A DNA stretch of 62,838 nucleotides, the filler included, from Collodictyon triciliatum (taxonomy: Eukaryota): assembly GCA_043381765.1 (NCBI GenBank). It is 4 parts of 4 records of this genome, joined end to end, with 100 filler letters (N's around TTAATTAATTAA, not from the genome) between each part and the next. Parts side by side here need not be neighbours in the genome. Positions count along the whole stretch, not along the records: positions 37,801 to 49,849 come from JBHJMP010000569.1; positions 49,950 to 62,838 come from JBHJMP010000570.1; 2 more parts are not named here. One strand, written 5' to 3'. The position numbers were made by a program, and so were the translations under genes. Each line of letters starts with the position of its first letter. The first letter of the stretch is position 1. Shown here in pieces: positions 37,897-62,838 of this stretch. The notes under the pieces were generated by a model that saw nothing but the letters and a program-made list of their open reading frames with translations, had not been told where the DNA came from and did no database searches.

Positions 37897-38957
37897 CAGT
37901 AACTCCCACTCATGGGGTTTCCTTTATTCGATTCAAGGGATTCTTCCACCGATGGTAAATTGTATGAGTGATAGCTGCGTCCAGATGCAAAAAAGTTCTG
38001 AGTAGTGATGCGAGGCCATTTGCTAGGGACTATGTGGATAGCATGCATATCATCACGCAAAGCAAGACTCAACAACCAGCCACCCATTCCTGATAATAGA
38101 CTGGATGACATCACACAAATCTCTTTCCTCAATAGCTTTCTTCGCCACCTGCAAGTTCTTTACTAGTCAGACCCTGTGAGAAGAGACATGTGGAAAGAAG
38201 CTGAGAAAGATATTAAACCTCACCTTGTATCTCTCATGCAAGCACAAGACACAGGCTAAAGGCCAAACCGCAGGATGCAGTTCCTGATTACCGACTGCTT
38301 CTCCGCCACCCAGCATCAAGTAGCGCCCATGCAAACGATGGCTGGCGAACCAAAACCTACATCTTCACCATCCCGCAAAAATTGAAAGGAAGAATAAAAT
38401 TCATTAATCAACCTTATATTATTATTAGCTATACGAACATGTGCTTTTTTAAATTTAAATAAATTCTTTTCTTCTTGAAGATCCAGCAAGAAAGGGGTCA
38501 TATCGACCACCAAGAATACAAAGGAGGAAGAAAGTGCTTGACATCTACATCGATTTAGTACAGCATATCCATAGCCATTATATTTCCATTCTTGTGAAGG
38601 CAGTCATCCAAACGAATTCTGTCTTCAAAAAATTCATTGATAATTAAAAAGTTTGAAAAGTTTGATGTAATTTATAAAATATGTCCATGGACTTTCATAT
38701 GTTCGAAGAACCAAGAACAAAAAAAATAAAAATAAAATGTGGGCCTCCATTGACCAGGAGATACATATTTAAGGTCAATCTGTTTGTGAAAAATTCTACA
38801 TTATCTTCTTCATTTTCCCCTTTAAACAAACCTTATCACCAATTGATACTTACCAAAATATAATCCAATGGTTTAATTGTACGTAATATAAGAACATGTA
38901 TGTAAATTTATTTTTTCAAAAACTAATTTATCAAGCGTTATTCCAGAATTTATAAAG

Positions 38958-43739
<4,782 letters not shown>

Positions 43740-44671
43740 TTGGGTCAAAGAAGATGCAAACGTAGATGGGTCCTTAGTTGCAACTTTCCTTTATCTCTTA
43801 CTATCTAGAGACTCGCCATCTGACACAAACTCCTTTTCTTGGTCTGTGACAACCTTAGCTTCTTCCTTCTTTTTTCTTTTTTTTTTATTCTTTTTTTTTA
43901 AAAAAAAAGGGAATAAAAGAAAGGAAACAAAAAACTGGGTTCAAGAATAATACTTAATAGAAAGNNNNNNNNNNNNNNNNNNNNNNNNNNNNNNNNNNNN
44001 NNNNNNNNNNNNNNNNNNNNNNNNNNNNNNNNNNNNNNNNNNNNNNNNNNNNNNNNNNNNNNNNNNNNNNNNNNNNNNNNNNNNNNNNNNNNNNNNNNNN
44101 NNNNNNNNNNNNNNNNNNNNNNNNNNNNNNNNNNNNNNNNNNNNNNNNNNNNNNNNNNNNNNNNNNNNNNNNNNNNNNNNNNNNNNNNNNNNNNNNNNNN
44201 NNNNNNNNNNNNNNNNNNNNNNNNNNNNNNNNNNNNNNNNNNNNNNNNNNNNNNNNNNNNNNNNNNNNNNNNNNNNNNNNNNNNNNNNNNNNNNNNNNNN
44301 NNNNNNNNNNNNNNNNNNNNNNNNNNNNNNNNNNNNNNNNNNNNNNNNNNNNNNNNNNNNNNNNNNNNNNNNNNNNNNNNNNNNNNNNNNNNNNNNNNNN
44401 NNNNNNNNNNNNNNNNNNNNNNNNNNNNNNNNNNNNNNNNNNNNNNNNNNNNNNNNNNNNNNNNNNNNNNNNNNNNNNNNNNNNNNNNNNNNNNNNNNNN
44501 NNNNNNNNNNNNNNNNNNNNNNNNNNNNNNNNNNNNNNNNNNNNNNNNNNNNNNNNNNNNNNNNNNNNNNNNNNNATGTGTTTAATCTCTAAACAATATT
44601 GAAATTAAGAACATAGAATATATGAATTGCTGGCGTAGAAGTATAATTCTTTTTCAGCAGATGATTGATAC

Positions 44672-46829
<2,158 letters not shown>

Positions 46830-47589
46830 TGCACTCCCTAAAGCGCTAAGCTTATATCATTTCTTATGACAAGTTATATGGATAGCATCCTTCTTGCGAA
46901 GCAAAGATATCAACCCAAAGCACCTCAGGCAACAATACTGATAGAGCAGCTTCACGTTCGTTAGTTGACCGAGACGAGTTGAAATAGACTAGACAAAAAG
47001 GCATGTGAAAGGTCGAGGACACTTTTTTTTTCACTTTTGCATATGTGTTTGTGCGTATGCCTGCACTAACAGAAAGAGCAGCAGTATCAGGAGGTATGCA
47101 AACACAGGACTTTGTAAATAAATATGACCAGAGTGCTTCAGAAAGGCTTTGCTTCTTTTCCCGAGTTGTGGACGCAAAATCTTTCTTTTTTCCCTTCTTT
47201 TTTTTTTTTTTTTATCCCTTTATCCAAAGCAAAGTCTGCTGTGAGTATTCATCGTAGAGACAGCAGCAAACGCGCCAGAGTGGAAGTAAAATATCGAAAC
47301 AAAGAGAAAAGCAAAACTAGGCGGGCGTCGCTATTTCTGCTCGCTGCCTGTGTGTGTCTGATCAAGAGAACAAAGAAAGCAACAGCAACCAAAACTCAAG
47401 TCAAACTCCGACAGCAGCCTCAGCAAAACTTCGCCGAATCACAAGACCAAACTCCAACAAGATCCCTTTTTTTTATTTCCAACGCCCACTTTCCTTCTCT
47501 CCCTTTTTTTTTTCTATACTTTATTATTATTATATTATTTGTTCTGTTGCCGTAGTAAAAGAAACAGCAAGAAAGAGAGCCTGCCCGCC

Positions 47590-48405
47590 ATGAGCCTGCA
47601 ACCGTTCCAGATCAACAGCACAAACCAAGGCTTTCGACAGCGCCTGGATGAAATGCTCAGTGGCCTGCCTTGCGCAGCAGCGCCAAACCTCCCAAAGTCT
47701 TCTACCCGACGGGTGCATTTCGACCCACAACAAAGCATCGCGAGCGAAGCAGAGTCGCCCAAGGCCCACGTCCCAGACAGATCGATACCTTTAGCGCACA
47801 TCAGCCCCGCCCACTTAATGACTCATCCATATCGAAGCTGTCTGAAAGAAGGAGGCATCGATGGTTTCGCCGCGACAGACCAACTTGAGCGGAATGAGCT
47901 TTGCCATGAAGAAGTAGAGCTCGACGATGAGTCTCACGAGGCCGATTGGAGTGACATAGCTGTCTTTAATGGTGATGATGACGATGTTGATGAGGTGGTG
48001 GCACAGCATCCAAGCTCTACTCCCCAGCATCCTGCTTCCGGATACATACACTACGACATATCAAACGCCGACGATTCTGAGGAGGCCAACCAGCAAGCTT
48101 ATCTCGACTTCATCAGGACTCGAAAAGGATTCGGCACTGAGCCGGCAGAGTCAGCCGATGACCCGGAGCGTCAGATATTCAAAAAGCCAAAAAAGAGGAT
48201 GGGTATTTCACCTGCGGTCAGCAAGGATGCTGTCGGCACACAGTCTCGGTCTGATCCTAAGATGCTTTCTTTTGATCAAGATTCCATGGCCGGAGTTGAG
48301 CAAGATTCACAAGGAGCTGAAGACGAATCACAGGTCGCCAGATTCCGGGGCTCAGGTAAGCAGAGAAGCTATCGAAAGAAGCATGATTCATCAAGTGATC
48401 CATAA
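47590..48405 (+). CDS. TSSC4-like protein (U5 snRNP-associated family), intronless
   Basis: FQINSTNQGFRQRLDEMLSGL and GYIHYDISNADDSEEANQQAYLDF resemble the two conserved TSSC4 blocks as I recall them; the rest is acidic and disordered. Confidence 0.55.
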   Translation: MSLQPFQINSTNQGFRQRLDEMLSGLPCAAAPNLPKSSTRRVHFDPQQSIASEAESPKAHVPDRSIPLAHISPAHLMTHPYRSCLKEGGIDGFAATDQLERNELCHEEVELDDESHEADWSDIAVFNGDDDDVDEVVAQHPSSTPQHPASGYIHYDISNADDSEEANQQAYLDFIRTRKGFGTEPAESADDPERQIFKKPKKRMGISPAVSKDAVGTQSRSDPKMLSFDQDSMAGVEQDSQGAEDESQVARFRGSGKQRSYRKKHDSSSDP

Positions 48406-49038
48406 ATCATCGATGTCTACTCTATCTCTGCCGCTCTGTTACTTTTATGGCCCATGGCTCTGCGGCGGCAGTGGAAAGGGCGAACCATTACTTTCTTTTT
48501 TTTTTCCCCACGCCAGCGCTTGAGCCTTCGCTTGGCTCGACTTGGAGGAGTTGGATGAGCCCGCTCCGCCCTTTTCCAATTTTGAATTGTTTTTGGACAT
48601 TTCGATGCCCTTGTCGCAATCTGCGCGAACTTTCAATAGTTTATCCCCAAATGAGTTTAGAATCATCCGTCTTGGGTGTGTTTCTGTGATTTCCAAGGAA
48701 TTAAGAATTAAATTTTAAATTCAGATGCTTCTCTCCAAGGCCTATAATTTGTTTTGTTTTGTTTTTGTGGAGATTTCACGGAGCGACAGAGGAACACGTT
48801 TGAATAAGGCGAAATGGACAAATCAATCAATGTCATCAAGCGCGAGGATGAAACCAAATGGAAAAACGAAAACCAAAACCCTATAGAAAAAAAACAAACA
48901 TTGGTGGCTGCGTCATTTCATTTCTGGATGAATAAAGAGAAAGCAGAAAGCGCCCTGTCGAAATGGATCAGGACAAATGGAAAACTACAGACAAGTCAAA
49001 TAACCGGAAAATGTAATACGGCGCAAGAGTTGGAGAAG

Positions 49039-49111
49039 GGTGAGTGAGTGAGTGAGTGAGTGAGTGAGTGAGTGAGTGAGTGAGTGAGTGAGTGAGTGAG
49101 TGAGTGAGTGA
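49039..49111. repeat. (GTGA)n microsatellite
   Basis: Direct reading. Confidence 0.95.
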
Positions 49112-49849
49112 AGCAGGTGAAATGATCACAATGTCGCAGTCTCCCCCCGAGATACCAACCGTTCCACGGTAGCAATAATGCTGCAATGGAGGGAAGTTAG
49201 TGTGCAGTAGGTGTCTCGTTGGCCAGAGCTTGACCTGCGCAAAAGTGGATTCTTTATTCTTTTTTGTTTTTTATTTTTGTCTTTTTTTTTTTGTTCTTTA
49301 TTCTTTTTTGTTTTTTTTACTTTTTGTCTTCTGTTTTTTGTTTTTTGTTTTTTGTTTTTTGTTTTTTACCCTTCATTCTTTACTGCATCAACCCGTTGTC
49401 CTGAATTGATCCTTGCGCTTCGAAACTGCAAGGCATATGTTTCCCCTGGCACGGTATTTGTCCAGGAAACGTGTTGAGGGTAGAATGCTGAAGGCGAGCT
49501 AACGCATACACTTTATTACGGGGGCTTTTCCTTGCAAACCAGCTCACTTAACACTTCGTGAACTTTACTACTTTTCTGTCTCTTTTTATGCCGTTTTGCA
49601 AAAACATCTTTGAGTTGAAGTTAGCAGACAATTTTTATTTTTTCTCTCTTTTTTCTCTCTTTTTTCTCTCTTTTTTCTCTCTTTTTTCTCTCTTTTTTCT
49701 CTCTTTTTCTCTCTTTTTTCTCTTTTTCTATTCCTCTTTTTTTTCTCCTTTTTCTCTCCTTTTTCTCTCTTTTTTCTCTCTTTTTTCTCTCTTTTTTCTC
49801 TCTTTTTTCTCTCTTTTTTCTCTCTTTTTTCTCTCTTTTTTCTCTTTTT

Positions 49850-49949
49850 NNNNNNNNNNNNNNNNNNNNNNNNNNNNNNNNNNNNNNNNNNNNTTAATTA
49901 ATTAANNNNNNNNNNNNNNNNNNNNNNNNNNNNNNNNNNNNNNNNNNNN
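49850..49949. other. Artificial contig-joining spacer
   Basis: 44 N + TTAATTAATTAA + 44 N. Confidence 0.93.
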
Positions 49950-50102
49950 AACAAAACAAAACAAAACAAAACAAAACAAAACAAAACAAAACAAAACAAA
50001 ACAAAACAAAACAAAACAAAACAAAACAAAACAAAACAAACAAACAAAACTTCACTCAACTCACAGTCACACACTCTCCCCTCACTCTGTTTTGGTTCAT
50101 AG

Positions 50103-53100
50103 ATACCCCGCAGCATTGCTACAATCATGCATAAAATATGTATTCGAGACCCCCTTTGGTTTGAAACAAAGTCTTATGCGTGTATGCTCTGATCTCCCAC
50201 CGGACCTGTGCGAAAGTAAAGGAAAAAGTGACACCCAACCCCAAGGTACCCCTGGAATACGTCTGGGTCAAATTAAAAGTCGTCTCACTCTTGCAACTTC
50301 CTTCTTTCATTGTGTTCTTCAAGAAAGAAAGAGGTTCGGAAATATTGGCTTCAATATACCGTACGAATGGGACAGAGCAGACTACCTTGTAAGTTGATTT
50401 TGGATGATTATAGTTGATGTATTCCCCTTCCTAATGCACGCCGTAGGAACATGCTCTTGTATTTCAATTTTATGTTGTGGATTACCTTGAGAACGATTGA
50501 TTTCACCATTTATATTTTTCTATGAAATAATTATGTAAAATAGACATCAAACCGCTATTTGATCGAAAGCCTTCAAAATGCCTATGCAAATCGTCGGTCT
50601 GACGAAATCCGTTCCATCGTACCTCTCGATGAGATAAAATACATGATTGGTGAAATCTGTTATGGTGGACACGCCCACGATTCCATGGACCTTCGTTGTA
50701 TTCGCTCGTTGTTCTCGAAATTCTTCACAACAAAACTTTTGGAAGATCAGTTCTCATTTTTTGAGGTGTTTAGATTTCATACCTTCAGTATCAAAACGTG
50801 CGTAAAATATGTAGTACTCTTCACTTTGTTCGTAACTAATCCAATTATGATACTAGAAGGATGAGCTGTATTCTCCACCCAAGCTGCAATCAGAGTACTC
50901 TGATTTGATGCGCTTTATAGAAGAACTTCCTGTTCGTGATTCTCCAAAAATCTTTGGCCTTAATGAAAGCGCTTCCATGGTAATTTCTCTCTAATCATGA
51001 TGTATCTATGAGTAATTGCAAAGTCTTGAAGAAAAAAAAAGAAGCAAAATTCAACAAGGATTCAAACACAAACAATTTTTTCTTGTCTGTAGACTCTATC
51101 ATATCATTTCACACAGTCATCGTTCAAATGAAAAGTTATTTATTAATGAACTCAATTCTATAAATCAATAGAACCGCGACCTTAGAGAAGCCCGGAATAT
51201 CTACAATTCTATATCTAAAATACACCCTAGCCATGATTTTCATTCCACATCAACCAGGGGAAATGATTCTGTTGTCCTTGAAAGTTTGCTTAATACGATT
51301 GACTAGAGAAGATATTATAAAATAATAATAAAAAAGATCTTGTCGAGAATTTTTCAAAAAAATGCTATTGTTCTTGTCTTTCGATCATATCCACTCTATT
51401 TTCTGATGAATGAAACCCCTTTACTTCGTAACTATACCAAGTTATCACTGAGTTGCAGAGAAGGTTGCCTGAAGCTCTAGATTATAAATCTATCATTCAT
51501 GCATTCGAAAAAGGGCATGGTTTGTAACGTCTTTTAAAAAATAACAGTATATGGTTTAATGTATTATATTTTTGGGTTTTATTAAGAGTAAATAAAAAAA
51601 AACTTGTGAACGAAAAATTAGTTTATGTCGAATTATCGATATGTAATCCTTTATCTCGAGATTTTTTGATCTAACCTTCTCTAAATAAATCCAGGGGATG
51701 AAAAACAGCCCATGTTAAACTCGTTACTACAAGAATCAGCACGGTTTAATGATTTGATCTTGGTAGTTGCCAATACACTGTCAGCTCTACTGAAGGGAAT
51801 CAAGGGGTTTGACGTAATGTCGCCCTCCCTCCAGCTGATGCTTAACAGATTCTCATCAAATACTGTACCTGAAGTAAGATTCGTAGAATGTCTACTGATA
51901 GCATATAATGAAGCCTCTCTATTTTTTTTATATTTGCTTGCTCTATACTTGTTCTTGTCTAAAGAACAGTCTTAAAATAAAACATGCATATCGATATCAC
52001 AGGTCTGGTCTGAAAAAGCGTATCCTTCGTTAAAGTCACTGTCTCAATGGTTCGGTGATTTCATATCTCGCGTAGACTTTTTCCGACGGTGGATTACCCA
52101 TGGTTTGTTCTGCGGTCTTCTTTCTTTCTTTCTTTCTTTTTTTTTTTCCGTTTCAAATATAAAACATAGCATCATTCGCACAAGTGCGAACATATTAACA
52201 TTAACCTTTCAAATTGTATTTATTTATTATTGCATTATTTCAATTTACTTTTATGAAAAAAGAAAAAAAAGAGTCGGAGGACCGCTTCACAAAAAAAAAA
52301 TAATAAATCGTGCCATACGAACTAAACTCTTTATCATCCAAGGAAACCCCAGCGCGTTTTGGTTATCTGCCTTTTTCTTTCCACAAGGTTCCTTTTTGCT
52401 TCCATAATACCTATGTAAAAACCATGTGTATTTCAAATAAACGTACCTTTTTCTTTATAATTATTGGTATTATTTTATTTATTTATTTTTTAAAAAAAAA
52501 AACAACTAAAATAACAACCAGAAGGTAAACCAACACAAATTCGAAACAAATCAAAACTGAAAAATAATTAAAAAGGACTTTTGACAAGTGCACTTCAGAC
52601 ATATTCCCGTAAATCAAAGGGGGGAATCACAACAGTCTCATTCAGGACACACGTTACAAACATGAAGAGCAAACATGAGATTCGTGACCCCCCAGCAGAA
52701 GGAATATATATCCTTTCAATCGCCCTTCGTACTCTTTAATTTCTACATGCATTTTTTTTTTGTTAAAAAAAAAAAGGGAATTGATTTTATCTTCAGGGAA
52801 TCAAAACAGGTTTGTAAGAATAATGATTATTCTCGGGAACACAGCACTTTGGTCATCACAAAGCCACCCACTGAAGCAGATGCCCATTCATATATCCTTA
52901 ACAAACAGCACATATATACGGACTCTTTATCGAGGGTGCCAAATGGGACGACGAAAAGCGTCACCTCACAGAGCAAGGGCCCCGAGACAAAAACATTATG
53001 TTCCCGATAATATGGTACAATGCTATCTCATTATTTTCCTTCACAGAGCCCCCATCACGCAAAAGGCTCGAATAAAACGTTTGCAGAGAAAGTGAAAGTC

Positions 53101-53323
53101 TTTGATACTTTGCAGGTTTGAACCGGTTCTGGGGCTTCAAAGTCGCACCCACCACCGGAGCGAATACAACTGTCCGATTTACAAAACCGCCAGGAGAGCA
53201 GCTTTGCCTTTCAGCCCGGGACTGTCTGCGGAGCACATTGCCACTGTGAAAATACCCTCTGGAGACGGAGAAAATCATTGGATTCAGCGGGGAGTTGCTC
53301 TAATAGCAGAGCTTTCCGAGTAG
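50103..53323 (+). CDS. Dynein heavy chain, axonemal-type, C-terminal portion (AAA6 lid and C-terminal domain); 5' part absent from this contig
   Basis: FFHCVLQERKRFGNIGFNIPYEW; YMIGEICYGG; DSPKIFGLNE; LLQESARFN; VWSEKAYPSLKSLSQWFGDF; FWLSAFFFPQGLLT; GIYIYGLFIEGAKWD; YNCPIYKT; HWIQRGVAL. Confidence 0.93.
52708..52911 (+). other. U12-type (minor spliceosome) AT-AC intron in the dynein gene
   Basis: 5' ATATCCTTT at 52708; branch box TCCTTAAC at 52895-52902; terminal AC at 52910-52911. Removal restores PPAEGIYIYGLFIEGAKWD. Confidence 0.93.
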
Positions 53324-53642
53324 AGAATCTTGAAGAGCATTACGTGTGAAAAAAAAAAAAGGATTGCAAAAAGAGAAAGAGTCTACTCACCTACTACCTT
53401 CTCTAGTGTTCATCGGAATGAAATAAAAAGAAAAAAAAAGAAAAAGAGCAAAAATCATAGGGCTTGTCTCGTCGTATATCAAACACGCTAATGATGTATT
53501 TAATCGAGATGAAATAATGACGATATCCGCAGCAATCAAAAAGATGGTGGCCGTAAGAGTAAAGTGGAGCTATGTGCGAGATAGAAACTGATGTATTGAG
53601 ACACCAAAGTTATATCGCTATCATGGTTGTTCTTTGTTCTTA

Positions 53643-59422
<5,780 letters not shown>

Positions 59423-59592
59423 ACACCTGTGCATAAAACACTCTGCCTTTCAGATATCTTCCTTTCAGTTTTATTTACTTGTGTTTCCTTTTCATTCTCT
59501 TTTCTTTCTCTTATCTCTTTTCTTCTCCACTCCGACTTGTAAATATTGGCTTCTCGATACTGTCGGCCTTGCTGGGAATTATGAAATAGGGG

Positions 59593-59737
59593 GAGAAGAA
59601 AGAGAAGAAAGAGAAGAAAGAGAAGAAAGAGAAGAAAGAGAAGAAAGAGAAGAAAGAGAAGAAAGAGAAGAAAGAGAAGAAAGAGAAGAAAGAGAAGAAA
59701 GAGAAGAAAGAGAAGAAAGAGAAGAAAGAGAAGAAAG
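59593..59737. repeat. (GAGAAGAAA)n 9-mer repeat between ALG11 and the coiled-coil gene
   Basis: Direct reading. Confidence 0.95.
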
Positions 59738-59778
59738 GGATACGGTCAGTGAAAACACTTTCTTTTCAACTCGCAGCT

Positions 59779-62515
<2,737 letters not shown>

Positions 62516-62539
62516 CTATACCAGTGTTGGAAGATTTAA

Positions 62540-62808
62540 ATAATAATGGTAATAGTAATAGTAATGGTGATGGCAATGGTAATAGTAATAGTAATAGTAA
62601 TAGTCATAGTAATAGTAATAGTAATAGTAATAGTAATAGTAATAGTAATAGTAATAGTAATAGTAATAGTAATAGTAAGTAATAGTAATAGTAATAGTAA
62701 TAGTAATAGTAATAGTAATAGTAATAGTAATAGTAATAGTAATAGTAATAGTAATAGTAATAGTAATAGTAATAGTAATAGTAATAGTAATAGTTATAAT
62801 AATAGTAA
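62540..62808. repeat. (AATAGT)n microsatellite in an ALG11 intron
   Basis: Direct reading. Confidence 0.95.
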
Positions 62809-62838
62809 CGCAACTATGTCATATCAATGGAAGAAAAA

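Noticed and set aside
37895-38520. Moderately GC-rich segment with short ORFs at a contig start
   Set aside because: Stops in all frames and no recognisable domain; it may be a gene end or decayed element but I cannot support a call.
49425-49540. Possible structured RNA (CCTGG/CCAGG stem, TGCAAGG..CCTTGCA pairing, faint RNase MRP-like words)
   Set aside because: It lacks the conserved GAAAGUC-type element and the matches are short enough to be chance; an Rfam cmscan would settle it.

Overview
AT-rich, intron-dense eukaryotic draft sequence, probably from a flagellated protist (axonemal-type dynein present); I cannot name the species. Three identical 100-bp spacers (44 N + TTAATTAATTAA + 44 N) at 26199-26298, 37701-37800 and 49850-49949 indicate four artificially joined contigs, so adjacency across them is not evidence of linkage. 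Genes reconstructed by hand from GT-AG junctions: an IQ-motif protein (partial), a receiver-domain cyclic nucleotide phosphodiesterase, AP-1 gamma adaptin, intronless Sel1-repeat and GT92 genes, an Sds3-like protein, V-ATPase subunit a, an LRR receptor-like protein, RAD51B, a TSSC4-like protein, a dynein heavy chain C-terminus, a coiled-coil protein and ALG11 (partial). The most interesting items are: (1) a 5'-truncated, decayed Fanzor1/TnpB-like RuvC nuclease gene at ~24.85-25.85 kb, with downstream hairpins (candidate omegaRNA) and a flanking 10-bp direct repeat; (2) a U12-type AT-AC intron in the dynein gene; (3) an LRR-SEA-like-TM receptor with a cytoplasmic SAM-like domain and no kinase; (4) a PDE whose receiver domain has lost its phosphorylation residues. 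All family calls come from motif recognition, with no database search.
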